From NCBI GenBank assembly GCA_977020255.1, contig CDROCS010006380.1, positions 124,001 to 188,000 of the forward strand: a stretch of 64,000 bases of DNA, written 5' to 3'. This document shows positions 1 through 15,300 of the stretch, piece after piece; within the stretch, counting starts at the first letter, position 1, and each line of letters begins with the position of its first letter. Origin of the DNA: Obrimoposthia wandeli (Eukaryota). The translations under genes were made by a program, and so were the position numbers. Below the pieces are notes generated by a model. That model was not told where the DNA came from. It was given only the letters and a program-made list of their open reading frames with translations, and searched no databases.

Positions 1-14
1 CTTTTGTTGTGCAG

Positions 15-341
15 ACGTCAGCGGCTGCTGCTGTAGCGCAGCAGAGGGCGCTGTCCCCGGGTCAGGCGACAGCCCAGAGAGTAGTGTTTGCGGCGTTGGT
101 TTGGCAGAGCGGTCTGCTGCCTGATCTGATGCACCTTGCTTCCGCACCAACTAGAATTAACGCAGTATCTCAGTGCACTGCAGCCGACTCCTGCAGCTTC
201 TTGTCCACCACGGTACCAGACTCCACTGCTGCAGGTACCTACGGCATGCCCATTTCTGTGGCCTGGCCTCCAGTAGCAGCGCAGAGGGTGGCGCCGAGCC
301 TGGCTGATCTTGTGGCCGCTGCTGTCTCCACCGCCGCTGAG
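15..341 (+). CDS. MYCBP2: MYCBP2 exon (RVVFAALVWQSGLLPDLM)
   Basis: AG at 13-14, GTCAGC at 342; resembles the PHR motif RAVFAAFLWHEGIVHDAM. Confidence 0.8.
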
Positions 342-3300
342 GTCAGCGTCTTTATGTTCTCCCAATCTGCCAATTGGTATTTTGCTGCTGCGTTAATGCA
401 ACACATCCACATAATTAAATAAAATTAAAATGTGTATTTAAATTGTTCATATATTTATCGATAAAAAATTGATTATTTTAATGTAATAATGAGTTGATAT
501 ATAGAAAAAAATAAAAATTATTCGAGCTGTAAACCACTGACTATGAATGTCAGATAAATGAAATGTGGGTATAAATTATATTTTTAAAGTTTTTTGATAT
601 CTCCTTTATCCAAATTATATCCAGTAACAAGAAACTTCTTCATAGAACAGATGGCCTCCTTTTATCCAAATTATATCCAGTAACAAGAAACTTCTTCATA
701 GAACGGATGGCCTCCTTTTATCCAAATTATATCCAGTAACAAGAAACTTCTTCATAGAACGGATGGCCTCCTTTTATCCAAATTATATCCAGTAACAAGA
801 AACTTCTTCATAGAACGGATGGCCTCCTTTTATCCAAATTATATCCAGTAACAAGAAACTTCTTCATAGAACGGTTAATATGAAGTGTACATGCCAAATG
901 GAAACTTACAATTTTAGGAAATGAAAATGAACCTTCTCCTCAGTTTTAGTATGTACACTTCAAATAAAGTTTAAATAACAAAAATAATTCAATAAAATTC
1001 TAAAAATTCCATCGTAAATAACCTGATGTTCCAGGGTCAGCCACAGAAGGCAAATGAGCATTAAGTAACACGAGGTGTATATTATGCATCTGTATTACTC
1101 AATGTATTGATCAAAATATGTACTGAATATAGCAATTATTGTGTGTGTTGCAGAATCAGCAGCTGCATCAACCACAGTTCCAAAGGCAGACACCCGAGAG
1201 TGTGCAGACGCCCAGTATCAAGCGCAGTCAGTCACACATGGGTGAGCGCACCGATCTGCGCCCAAACAAGCTTGATAGATCGCGTCACCACCACGTCAAT
1301 GACTTACTGCGCAGAGAGACTTCGAGGCGTATAGGTCTTCACGTTTCTCTGGATGAGGACCTGCTCCAGGACGACAGTGCAATCGGCAATTTACCGACAA
1401 GTGAGACACTAATCTACATCACTTCTCTCCGTTCACACTGCACCACGTCTCTCTCCCTCCACACTGCACCACCTCTCTCCCTCCACACTGCACCACCTCT
1501 CTCCCTCCACACTGCTCAATGTATCTCCCTCCTTAGACGACAATGCCATGCAACAGAGCTTATTGATTCACAAGTTGAACCAGTTCACTCGCCTCTGGGA
1601 TGTTGTTGTGGCCGTTCTGAATCTTACAGAACAACAAGTGCGCCTTGAGTCTCCTTCAGCAGCACCAGATCTTGAAGATGCAGGGTTTGTGTATATATTT
1701 GTTTTGTCATATTTGTTTACTAATCATGGGTAAATGATATGGTATAGAAAGTAAGACCCTTGATCAAAATATGATCCGATTTGATCGGTTCACACAATAC
1801 AGGGGGAAAATTAGAATTAAGTTGTCTCTCTTTTTTTTGCATTTGAACAAAGAAGTTTTCTGATTTTACATTATAAATTGAAACGTATAAACGTATCTGA
1901 GAGCAGGGATGAAGATAGTAAAGTTTGTTTGGGATAGCTTATAGTTTATTTTCATAAATTGTTAGAAAATGGTTTCAACTATAATATCGATGACTACAGT
2001 GAGCGTAGCCTGGTTGCCTCTGTGAACTTCTACCGGCGTCTGCTGGACAATGGTCGTCTTCTGCTGCGTCTGGAGACCACACGCCTCTTCACTGGAGACT
2101 GTATCAATACACCAAGGCCGGATCAGTCACGAGTGTGGTCCCCAAGGTCGAGTGATGAAGCCTACAGCAGAACTAGGACATCCCAGTCCACCCAGCGGCG
2201 ACCCCAATCCAGGTACGATGACTGCAGAGAGCGTAACTGTGAAGTGTCCCTATTTTCCTGAGTTAAGTGTCAAAACTCGGCATGATCAATTGAGCACATA
2301 TAATATTGAGTTAGTTCGTCAGAACCATACAAACTTGAAATATGCCCAAATCGAAGAATCTCACAAATAAGTTCGATATCTGAGTGGGAGAGCAGCCACT
2401 TGCAAGTGAGAGGTCCCAGGTTCGATATCTGAGTGAGAGAGCAGCCACTTGCAAGTGAGAAATCCCAGGTTCGATATCTGAGGGGGAGAGCAGCCACTTG
2501 CAAGTGAGAAATCCCAGGTTCGATATCTGAGGGGGAGAGCAGCCACTTGCAAGTGAGAAATCCCAGGTTCGATATCTGAGTGGGAGAGCAGCCACTGCAA
2601 GTGAGAGGTCCCTGGTTCGATATCTGAGTGGGAGAGTTGATGCAGCTAATATGTCAATTATTGCTTGTCATTGTCCATTTCCTTGTCGTAGACTATCGGA
2701 GTTCGTGATTCCACAATGTTGCGCACCTCGAACACAAACCATAGACTATGAAGCTGGAACTGTTCCATCCATTGATATGCAAGAACAACGACTCGCTATT
2801 TCTAATTGGCCACTACACAATCTCCATCAGTCTTCACCACTAGTATGGCTCAATATTCCCAACAAGGTAAATTTTCTCATACATCATCCTTGTCCATCAT
2901 CATTGTCCATCATCATTGTCCATCATCATTGTCCATCATTCTTGTCCATCATCCTTGTCTAGGCTGGAAGCATGCCTTGTGACAGCTCCATGTACACAAG
3001 ATGTACATGCTGGTCGTGTCAGCCAATTGTTCAACGACTGGAGGACAGTTTATCACAGCAAGCCAATACTGCGCATGTCGTGCCCAAACAAGGCGTCCAC
3101 TCCCACGACTGTACCACCACAACCAGCTCGGACTCAAACGCAGCAACCAGTGCCAGACCTGGCTTCGGTGAGCCACAGTTTGAATTCTTTGAATTCCTTT
3201 CGCCTGAATTTCTGAAAGTTAATATAATTAATAATTATGAACTAGTTTTAAATAATGAGCAATCAACTTCCATCAAACCCGAAAGGCCATTCTGCAAATA

Positions 3301-6300
3301 TTAGGCACATACTACACCAGATCGACGTGTCTTTTTGGATTACAAAATAGCCGCACAAAGCACTCGTTCCTCCTCTGGGACAGTCGTGCTGGTGAGAAGA
3401 ACAACATTCACATGAATGGCTTATTCGGGAGTACTTGACTAAGAGTTAGTACAATATTATGCATACGGCTCTTGTACCAAAGTTCCTCTACTTCACATGA
3501 AAAAATTTACCGAACCTCTCCATGCATCTCATATTTCCTAAATTTGCTGACAAAGTTAAAGGCTGAATATATTTTTGAAAACATAAAAAATTAATTTTGC
3601 TATCCCGAAATGATCAATCGTAACATGAACATTTTATTCATAAGTTAATTCTCAAAAAATTTATTTGCCGAATGTGTTAATGTAATCATGTATATATTTG
3701 TTGGGGTTTCTATTTGAAACTAGATCCTCGTATGGAAGCCACCAACGTGAGTTCTATAGCAATAGGGCTTGCAGCTGGTCGTGGCCTATTTAGGTTGTAC
3801 CTCACTTAACTTAGTCTCAAGTCTGAAGGATTTTTGTGCTAGTGTGATGAGGGTTGTGTACAGAGTTGTGTGCACAAGATATTGAAAAGTTTCCTTATTG
3901 TGGTGTTGTGTATAGAGGCGTTGGTATCGTTCTGATCATATGTGGGTTTATTCAAGTTAACGCTACTTGTTTGTAGGAAAGATATATTCTTTATTTCACA
4001 CTAACTATGTTTCTAAAAATTACAGACAACTAATCCTATGACACTTTATTCAAATTCACACACTAATAAGGATGCCCTTAGCCTAACGTATTGATTTTAA
4101 TTTCTATCTAATAATTTAATTTTACGTCCTCTGATGCTCGCTTCCTAATGACTTTTACTTAGCTGGTCCTTTATTTAAATTCAACACTTTTGTTTTCTAA
4201 AACGAATTTTAATACTTTTACTGAATTCTAAACTTATTAAATAATTCCACACTAAATTCTAAAACGAATTCTTACGCCTTCCTCCTGATGGTCCCAGTGG
4301 CTGGATTCCTCATCCCCCATCCCGTTAGCTGGAGTCCGACACAGTCCAGTCTAGTTCAATTTGTCCCGTTAGTTCGTTGAGATTTCTCCACTAGTGCTCT
4401 ATTGATTCTCAAATTGACGGGCTTCCTGCAAGATTCGGTCTTAATTTCAGTTGACTTGCGTTTCCTGTCTTACCTCGAATATCCTCTGGTACTGGTCTTC
4501 TCTCTTATGATTTCCTTTGCTCGTTTAATAAATTGATTTTCTGAGTCTGCTAATTTATGTTGCCTCTGTCGAATGTTCTTCTCGCGCGAATTATTAAAAT
4601 TGCTCGCTTGTAACAGAGCTCTTGTCTTGTTTTTCCAATTCCTGAATTTCCGGATCTATGTATAATTTTACGAGAATTTGTGTTTAATGACTCTTTTCTG
4701 CTTCATATAAATTATAAATCAGACAATTCAATTAGGCTAAGTGCCCTTACTTTGCTGAATGGATGCCGGGTGGACTTTTTCCCAGAGATAATTGATGCTT
4801 GTTCCGATCGACAGCTGCTTCCTTCCCACCAGGCTATAATTTACTTTTCTTATAATCTATTCTGTTGGCCACTGGATATTTCTTCTTGATTTATCTTATT
4901 GGGTTTTTCTTTGTAAGTGTATTTTCAGGCTTTTTCTGCTTGTAATTTCCCGGGCCCTTTAATTTATTCTAACTTACCTATATATCTCACAAGGTCTTTA
5001 AACTTATTCAAATGTATTCAATCCAATTTTATTTTAATTGAAATATTCATTTATTCGTTTTATTTAGCCTTGCTTTCAAGGTTCTATTTTCCAGTATAAA
5101 TAATTAAGTAAATCATAACATATTTATTAAAATTGAATGACCCAAAAAGATTACTACTGTATGTTTTATTACTTTTACAGTTGGTAAAACGCTGACTATT
5201 AAGTAGTACATTTAAATTTCTCTATTACTAAACAATAAAGGGACGATACAGTAATTGTTCCCATAATTTTAATTTATTAATAAATTTAAGCTAAATTAAT
5301 TTTTTGTTATTTAATAAAGATAAATAGAATAATAGTTAGCTGTATACAAAAACAAATAAGGTTTAAAAGAAATTCGATCAAGATCTTCAAAACTGTTAAA
5401 ATCAACTGCAACAATTCAGAAAAGAAAACACTTTTGAGACCGCAAAATTCTCTTTGATAACGGTGAATTATTACTGTTTTTATCAGGCTCTGACGTGGCC
5501 ACCAGCAGCTCCACCGTGATATCGTGCTTGCTGCAGTCGACAATGAACCTACTGGTGAACATAGTCGCTTCATCTTCAACAAGCATCTCCGAACTTTTCG
5601 ACCGCACCTCCATCGACAAGTTCAGCCACCAGAACAACATCAATCTGGACAGTAGGAGCACACCCAAATTGCAGAATCAAGGATTAATATATCTGCAATT
5701 CTGCTTATGCAACACGAACCTAAATGAAATGAAACTTGTATTAAAGACGAACTTAAAGTCCGCGATTTATGACCAATATATTTCGCAGGTAATCTTTTCA
5801 CTAATAGACAATAATAACATTAATAAAATAACACTTATTTTATATATTTATATTATAGGCACACTTTTGGCTGATCGAAAATGTGAAGTTCAACACAAGT
5901 CAAGAAATATGCTGCTGGGGTCTCAATAGCATGTTGAACAACCTGAATTCAGAGTCCAAATTAGTCAATATAGCTTTACATGATGGTCGTCTTAAATTCG
6001 GATACCAGAAATTATGGAGCATAGGAATAACTTCTTTTTACAGACTCTTTGATAATCTGGTTGACAAGATCGAATTGAAAACGATTAATGTCCAAGAATA
6101 TCACCTTCTTCAACGACTTGTTTCCTTGGCAAAAGTACTTATTTTTCATAACAACTTTCAAGATTCTGATCCCAATTCATTCATGGCATTTGAAAAATCT
6201 CAGGTGAGCAATATTTAAATTCATAAAATTCGGTCAATATATGTATATCTAATTTTTTAAAACAAAATCAAATTGCCTTGTTATTATAATTTTATTTTAT

Positions 6301-9300
6301 TGTATAAAATGTAAATAAAAATGGCAACTAGATTTCATTCATTTATATTTTTTCTTCAAAATTCTTTAAAGCTTCATATTTAATTGTTTTAATTTTTTAC
6401 CTTCTCATTTGATAATTTTAAAATCTATTTAAGGACAATCAAATAATTTCTTCTACCCACTGTTTACTTTTAAACAAACATTTGAAACAGTATTTTTATT
6501 ATTCGGCAAATTGTTACCATTAAAATCATATTACAAAAATTAAAAGTCATTTTTTTATTGATTTCAAATAATTATTATTTCATTAGATATTCTGCTGTCT
6601 CAGCAAGCTGTTAAATCACTTCAAGGATGGTCAAAATAGAGACAGTTTGCCGTGGTTAGACAACCAAGCCACAGCCATAAACATTTCTAAGGATCTGACG
6701 AGACAGTTTCAATGTTCAGTGTCTAGCAACATTGCTTCGGCTGAATATCTTTTAGGTTAGTATTTTATAAACTTGGACTCCTAAAAATCGCTTGACAATG
6801 TTTTATGATTTGGTTTAAAAACATCTTTGTTTAACAAACTTATTTAGTTCTTATAAATAATTAATCAAATATGGCCTGATTAATGTAATGTAAGAAGAAA
6901 CACATTAAAGCTTTATAATTTTAGATTATTAAAAAAATTATATATGATTATAGTCCTGCAATTCATAAAAATTTCAATCTTTGAAGATGATTTTCTAACA
7001 GCTTCGTCAACTGCATATGACTTTTTGTTTATTTTCTAAAATTTTCTCTAAAGTTAGGATTCTGGGTTATGGGACATTATGCACCGATCTTAATTTCTGG
7101 TGATATTGTAACTGCAAATTTTGATTGGTGCTCATTAACTATCAGCTGCATTTCAAACTGACCTTTAATTCTGGAAATTAATGATTTTTAAGTTTATGAA
7201 ACCTAGTAGAATAACTTTGACTTTGTCAGTTATCGAACATGTGTCTCAGATGACAGTACCGACATGTTCTGGGAAAGTGCCGGGGCTCTGGTGGACCCGT
7301 ATCCTGCGATACACATGCGTCAGGTGACTGTCAATGACCTCAGTTCAGCTGTCTCGACCACAGGGATACTGGTGTGCGTTTATGTGGACAGAGTTAGGGA
7401 TCCATTATCGGGAGAACTTTCCGTGGTTCTTCGAGTAGAAGGATCCAACACTTTCCAGCAGGTATGTCTTGAGGAATGGAGGATGGATAGATGGATGGAT
7501 GAATTGGTGCATGGACGGATGTATTGATGTTCAAAAATGGACGAGTGTAATTTAATTTTAATTAAAATTGGCTGTATTTATATTCCTGGCCATGGACATA
7601 TTAAGAGAAACTAAAAATAATACATTTAAAATTAAACAAAATGAATTGAATAAGAGTTAATTTACTTCAGGTGAGCTTGGCTGAATATATTAGTCAAAGT
7701 CACCTGAGGCACCACATGAGTTTCATGGATTTGTAGAATAGTTGTTTTCTAAGGCAGTATGTATCCAAGCAGAACAGTTTCAGTTAGACAGGATGGCAAG
7801 AACCAACCACGAACTATTCATTGAATAATTTCAGAGACTAGGAACGATAGAAACTAAGGGAGAAAGTATTGACCAAAAACTACTCAAATTTTAAGACAAG
7901 AATATTGAGAAATGACTCAACGAAAATCAGGCAATAATATTATCAGAAAAACTTTATTGGAAAACTGAAGAGCTCCAGACGCAACAACTATCCAGGAACG
8001 TTCAATCGATTCATGAATTAATTTTATAAACAAACTTTCCATTTTCTGACAATTACTGATGTGTCACGGTCCAATTTTTTCTTTAGTTTTAAATGATTAT
8101 CAAACTACAGAACTGTCACAGTATCATTCTTTTGAAGGAATGAGTTGTATACGACTTGCGTGTTACGGCTGATCGTAGGTATTTTCAAAATCAGAAGGTT
8201 AATTGTTTTTTGAGCAAAGCGAAACTTTATGTAAGTCGTAGAGAGTTCAACACCATTTATTACACAATTAAATTCAATGTGAATCAAAATTAATTTACTA
8301 CATTAACTAGAACAGTCTATTTCACAAAACACAAACCAAAAATAATTTAATGGCGATCTTTATCCTATTGTTGTACTATCAAAATATGGGGATTAGTGTT
8401 TATTTTAGAAAGGATAAGTGACAGGTCAATTATTGTCAGAAAGGGAAAGCTTAAAAATTAACTGGTGAATCGATCTAAGGAGTTTGGATTAAGATTTTCC
8501 TTGAGTTGATTCAGATAGCTTTTTTTCCACAAACTTTGCGTTTTATTGTCGTTTGTCTCTTCCTTTTCTTTGTTATTGGGTTCTTGGATTGGTTGGCCAA
8601 CGATACAATTTATTTGCTTCCTCAGTTTTTATAATCACTGCTTCTTTCCGCACAGCTTCTGTCCCCGACTCTAAAATTCTAAGTTTACTGCTGACGTGGT
8701 GCTATAGGGGACTTTGACTAATGTTTTGTAATTGATAAATTGTTATTAAGATATTTTCAATCATTTATATCAAAGAAAAATTTAAATATGTCGAATTTGA
8801 ATTCAAGTTTTATATTTCCAGCGATATTCCACATTAAGATTTTTAAATATCGAGGTGGTTTAAACTTAGTTTACCAAACATTGGCTACGAATTGTCCTGA
8901 TGCTCAGGCTCCGTTTTTCCCCAGAATCATTTCCATAGAAAATGTTTATGCGTTTCAATCGTGACAGACTAAAACGTGTGTTTCTACTTATATGTAAGAC
9001 GGCTTTTGTGAGTTGACCGATGTTGCAGATCAAAGTGGGAGCTGACCACTCAGGGTGGCTGATATTCGAGCTCGATAGAGAGGCTGCTGGATTGGGCTTG
9101 AGGTCACTGTTGGTGGCCTTCAGCATCAGCAGTGGAGATAACAACGGCGAGGAGATGCGGGTAAGTGCTGGCAACAACGGCCATAGCGACCGAGTACGAG
9201 TGCGTGGCATTCGAGTGCTTGACTGCGGTTCGGTTGTCGTGACAACCGCTGCAGAGGTGGCTGGTCAAAGACGAGAAGGTCTACAAGAAGAAACGCTGCG

Positions 9301-12300
9301 CTGCTTTGTGGACATGACCAACCACATCTTCCAGAATTGCTTCAGCATGGGTTAGTCACACACACACACACATACCAGTCAAACAAGACATTGATTCAAA
9401 TTAATCAAATTCCTGAAGATGGCTCTCATCCGAAACTAGTCGAAAGATACAATTTGACTGACATTTATTTTGGTTCTATTTTTATGCAATCCATATACTT
9501 ATAAAATATTTTATTACTGCATTTCTGGCAAATAACTCAAATCTATTTCATAACTAACAGAAAAAAGTTTTTATATGTGTTAAGGTTCAGAAATAAACAA
9601 ATCAGTTGAATTAAATTAAATAAACTGGCTATATTGTTAGTCCTGATCAAGGAAAAATTAGAGGTAATCAAATAATGTGAAATTGAAATTACCAAATAAC
9701 GAAAGTTATCTAACTTTATTTTACAGTTTGTTAACCTCAGTTGACATGGGATGACTATATTAGTAAGAGTAGCCTGAGGCACTACAACAACAGTGGAATT
9801 GGAGACAGATTTTGCTGAAACTTGTTGTTGTGAGGCCGTGTAGAGCTGTTTAAATTGAAATTTCGCAAAACAACCATCCTATTGGCTAGTAATGGAGCAT
9901 AGCACAGATTTTTTAAAAAGAGATAAATTAGTTATAAATAAAATATATAAACTGAAAACGACATTTTATTGACGGGAATTCTACAAATCTAAGTTTGGAA
10001 CTATTTAAGATTTAAAACAAAATTTAAATGATCAGTGCAATTTCAAACCCGTCATAGCCCTACTATCTTTTAGTTCTCAAAAGATTATAACTGGGATATC
10101 ACGATCCTACCCTTTTGTAACTTAAGTATCCACCTGGGTTACCTGTAGTATATGACTCGAATATTAAGGTGTAGAACAGTTTTCTATCTATTTTGTGTAA
10201 TAAGTTGTTTTTGGTAGTATTAACTTTCTGTAACAAATTGATTTACGATTTGAGTAGTGCTAATACATTGTTTTACGATTTACATTGTCTTTAGTATCAT
10301 ATCTTTTGATCAAAATCAATACACTTTCATGCGAGATGATATATAAGTTAATGTTTGTAATGCTTTAATGTTATGTAATGTTTGAATGTTGTGTAATGTG
10401 TCGTATGACTGATCTTGCTAAATTTACTAAATATATTTATAATCTTCAGTTGTTTTAATTAACAAAACTCGGCACAATTTTGAATATAAATATAAATGAC
10501 GGATATTGTTAATACAAGACTTTGAACGACTAATATTTCAGATTTAAGAATAACCAGGAGCTCATGATCTAGACTGCCATACGATTAGGTGGATGTGTCC
10601 GGTCTAATCCCACCTGATTGGACTAAATCCATATTAAAAATCAAAAATGATTGGAAGAAATATATCATCCAATTATAATAGGCTTGCAAGATAAATACAA
10701 GAAATGTGCAATAAAAAAGCAGGTTCAGACATATATAAAGAAGAATTTACAGAATACAATTTTAGTCTAATGAAACTCGTAAATATAAATTATAAAGGTA
10801 GAATAGAAGATCATGTTTCGTACTTACCATTCAATAAATGGAAGCTGAGACAATGTGTGAAAAGATTTGACAATTTCACAGTTGTTATTTTTCCCACAGG
10901 TTAGTTTTTTATTTTATTTTCATATTGAATTCTTTTAGGAAGTTGTCGTGTTATGGGATGCAAAATACCTTTGCTTGAGATCAATTTACCATTTGGAATT
11001 CGAATCACTGCAATACAATCAATCACAATTTCAACTAATCTTGGGAAACAAATAAATCTTTTTAACTTGCAGAGAAAATGAAAGAAGAATGCATGTTTGA
11101 ACCAGAAATATTTCATGCTCTCAGTTATTTGAAGATTAAACCGCTATGTGTAAATATATTTTTCAGTGGTAAAGTTATGATATTGGGATTCAAAAATTTT
11201 GATTATCCAGACATTTTTGATTTGATTTTAGAAAATATACCTTATTACATATTGTTATCTTTTCTATAAACAAACCCGTTTAAACCTATTGTTTCAAATG
11301 AATAATACTATAAATACAGACAATAAAGTGGATCGTCTTGTTGACAAAATATTTTCTGGAAAAATTAAGGGTAAACAAATTTCATCAGAATTAAAAAATA
11401 ATGATATAACAAGAGATAACATTGAAATATTAGTTAGATCACACGTTATTCGAGAATTTAGAAATCGTACACAAATAAATAAAATTATAGCCAAATATTC
11501 ATTAATTAATTTTTGTATTTCATCTACAATAGCTCTAACATTGTACATTTCAATAAGGAAACTTCTATGATAATATAAACAATATTAAAAATGAAAGAGT
11601 ATATGCAATGGAGCTAAATAATAATGCTGTATTTCAAATAGTTGGTCCCAGTGGAAGTGGAAAGACACATTTCGTATGTAAATTGTTACAAAATGAATCT
11701 CTTTTCAAATCTAGTTTCAAAAATATTTATTGGCATCATGGTGGAGGAAGGGAAAGCGGATTTACCAAAACAGAAGTTTGTAAGTTGAAGGGAATACAAT
11801 TTATTGAAGAATTTGATGCAAATTGGTGTGAAAGATTGAAAAAAGAAGATGTAATAATAACTGATGATTTGTATCAGGAAGCAAACAAGGAATCGGACTT
11901 TAATAATTTATTTACAAAGATTGCAAGACATCGTGAAGTAACAGTTATATTTATCACTCAAAATCTTTTTCACCAAGTAGGTCACCATAGAACAAGAAAT
12001 CTTAATGTACATTACATAGTTTTATTTAAAAATCCTAGAGATCAAACAGTTGTAGATTTTGTGGCCAGACAGGCATTTCCCCAAAAAAAGAACTTTCTAG
12101 TTGATTCATTCCACGATGCTGCTAAACAAGCACATGGGTATATATTTATTGACTTTACACAAGCTTGCCCAGATGATTTACGTGTTTTAACAGACATATT
12201 TAATTCTAAGGGAGTAACTGTTTATAAACTAATAGAGAACAATTATAAAAAATAAATTTACAATGCCTTTTACGAAGTTGATTGTAAAGTGTAAAGCAAA

Positions 12301-15300
12301 GCCTAAGAAATCAAAAAAAAGAATCATTAAGAAAAAAGAAGTGAAAAAATTAATCAAATCTGTAGTTAAAAAAAAAAAAAAAACTTAAATGGCTTCGAAT
12401 ATAAACAATATTTAAATTGAACCTTTTTTATTAAAATGAAGAAAATACAAAGAAGCATACCCTATTTTAAAGCTTTGGTCAAAGACTCTTCTCATAAGAG
12501 AATGATTATTCTTAAAGCATTTCCATCTTTTGTTGTAGATGATTTATTGGAAGTTTTGTATAATATAGTTTTGGGTCGAGTAAAAGTTGGAAAACGGAAA
12601 AATGTATTAAAGAAATATAGAAAACTCTTCTAGATATTGCTAATGTAAAAAGTAAAAAAGGAAACGAAATATTATTCTTAAACATAATGGTGGTTTCATA
12701 GGGGCTGTTATTCCAGTTGCTTCAATTATCAGTAGTATTATAGCTGTGACACGTACATAAACCATTATTTCAAAAATCAGCTAAATATATGGGTGCTAAC
12801 CCTTCTTTACCTAAATTTAAATTTTCTATATATTCAAATTGTTGTAATGGAGAAGATATGGTTCAATCCAAAAGATCCAATTGGCTACACAGGAGTTTCA
12901 AAATTAGCAAAAAGAACAAAACAGTTTTACAAGAAAATGCAGAAATGGCTGAGCGATCAGTTAGCCTACAGTCTGAACAAGCCGATGAGAAGAAGGTTTT
13001 CAACTAGAGATTTGATGGAGATGATCCCATATTCTTCCATTAATAAGGGATATCGATATATATTAACATGTATTGATGTATTTAGCAGGTTTGCTCGTGC
13101 AATTCCAGTTAAAGCAAAGTCTTCAATAGCTATGATAGAAGCCATTATAGAAATATTAAAAGAGGACATTCCACAAAATGTGCAAACTGATTAAGAAAAA
13201 TAATTTTATAATAAGCAATTTCAATCATTATTTAAACAAAATAATATAAATCACTACTCTGTGTTTTCACAGTATAAAGCAGCAGTAGTAGAAAGATTTA
13301 ATCGTACTTTAAGAGATCGAATAAAAAAGTATTTCACAAAAGAAGGAAATAAAAAATGGATCCAAGTTTTACCTAAAATAATACATGCATATAATCACTC
13401 GGAACATAGAGGTCTCAAGGGAATAAGACCTGTTGATGTTACTAATAAAAATTCTATGGATATTTGGATGAACAGGAATAAAAAAAAAATATTAAAAAAG
13501 CTAAATATAAGAAAAACGAATATGTTCGAATTTCGAAAATTAGCTCTACCCCATTTTTAAAATCTTTGATCAGAATTGGAGCGATGAAATAGTTTGTATA
13601 AGTAAAATTTATCAAAAGAGTAATCCAATAATATATACTATTAAAGATGCTGACAATAATATCGTACACGGTAAATTTTACGAGCAAGAACTACAAGTAA
13701 TATCAAATAAAGCTAGCGTTTTCCGTATTCAAAAATTATTAAAATCTAAGGGTACCGGTAAACATAAACAATACTTTGTTAAATGGCATGGTTATTCAGA
13801 CCTAACTTGGATATCAACATCTAATATAATATGAAGTTTATGTATACGGTTTTACCTTGTAACGGATGTCCGAAGACTCAACCAGATAATTACGCTAGTA
13901 GCATTATTATCGATTGGGAAAATCCTATAATTCTCCAAGGAGAATGGAGAGCGGCTTTAACAGAATTTTCTTTTTATTATTCTCCAATTACTATAAGAAA
14001 AAACTCACATATTTCGTTTAAAAAATAATTTAATCATGATAAAACAACTGAAGTTGTGATAGGGTTTGATAGTAAAGGAATATTCTATTACAATTGTATA
14101 GATAAAAAAGTGAAAGTAATATATAAAAATAACGAAGTCAGATTTAAAAATCGATCAAAACATTTTCAACCTATTCAAATTATATTCGAATCTGGAAGAG
14201 AAGCTCTTCAATTCAGTTTTGGTAGTGAACATGTAGTAGGTATGAAGAGATCTGATATTTTCTCATCTAAATCATTTAGAAATGTTCCTGGTAGAGTAGC
14301 ATGAGTGTGTTACTTGAAACGAGACCAAAAAATGTAGTGGAACTGAAAAAGTTTTCAAAAGATTTTAAAAAAGATAGTGAAGTGAATTTATGTAAATTAA
14401 TACAGAAGGAATGTAGCGAATATTTGGATAAATGTGTAATATTAAAAAATGGTAAATTAACGTTTACAGTAAAGAGCCATATGAAACGGGTTTCATTTGA
14501 TGATAAACTCGATAAAAACCTCGGTTTAAACAGAAATACCTTTGAAACCCATACAATAAAAGCCATAAAAGCTAAAAATAAGGCAAAACCTTTAAATGCT
14601 GTTAATCATTTATATATTTATACTAATTTATTAGAACCAACGCTTGTAGGAGGATAACGAGTTCCACCTTTAGAACAATATGGATATCTCAAAATCAAAC
14701 TAATGATGGGGACATTATCGGTATGCGTATAGATCAACGAATGTATCTTCCAGTTGCTCTCTTTTCTATAAACAATATTAAACTAAATATTAGAGATGAT
14801 TCCGGACAACTAATAGATTTCACGTACGGAGCCAAGACAAGTTTAATAATACATTTAAGAAAACAAAATGGCGAATCCGGCAATAATTGAGGCTTATAGT
14901 CAAAGCCAACAAGGTGGAGCATTTCCATATTTTGTTGGTAAACAATATGGATCTGGCTGGCTTAGAACATTAGGTAGATTTGACTTTCCTCTTTTAAAGA
15001 GACTCGGGCGATTTGTATCAAAATTAGGAAAGGATTACCTTTCATCTAAGGACAACAAACTAATACCAACTTTTAAGAAGCATGTGCTTTATGAACTTGA
15101 TAATGTTTTACCAGAAGTTGCTAATTTGATTAGAAAACGTAAATCAAATAAAAGCCAGGAGGTAGTGGATTTAAAAGTAAAAAGAAGCAAAAAATCAATA
15201 TAAACAAACGTAAGAAAGTTGAAGGAACAATATTTGCAAATGAGTTGCGCCAAAACCGAATTGTGTATTTTTGATAAACCACTTCCACAAGTAGTTGTAG

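Noticed and set aside
4200-5100. Possible retroelement ORF debris on the minus strand
   Set aside because: No diagnostic domain recognisable by eye.
8400-8960. Possible Penelope GIY-YIG remnant on the minus strand (LRILESG..RKEAVIIK)
   Set aside because: Only a short motif-like stretch with stops and no RT; too weak to call.
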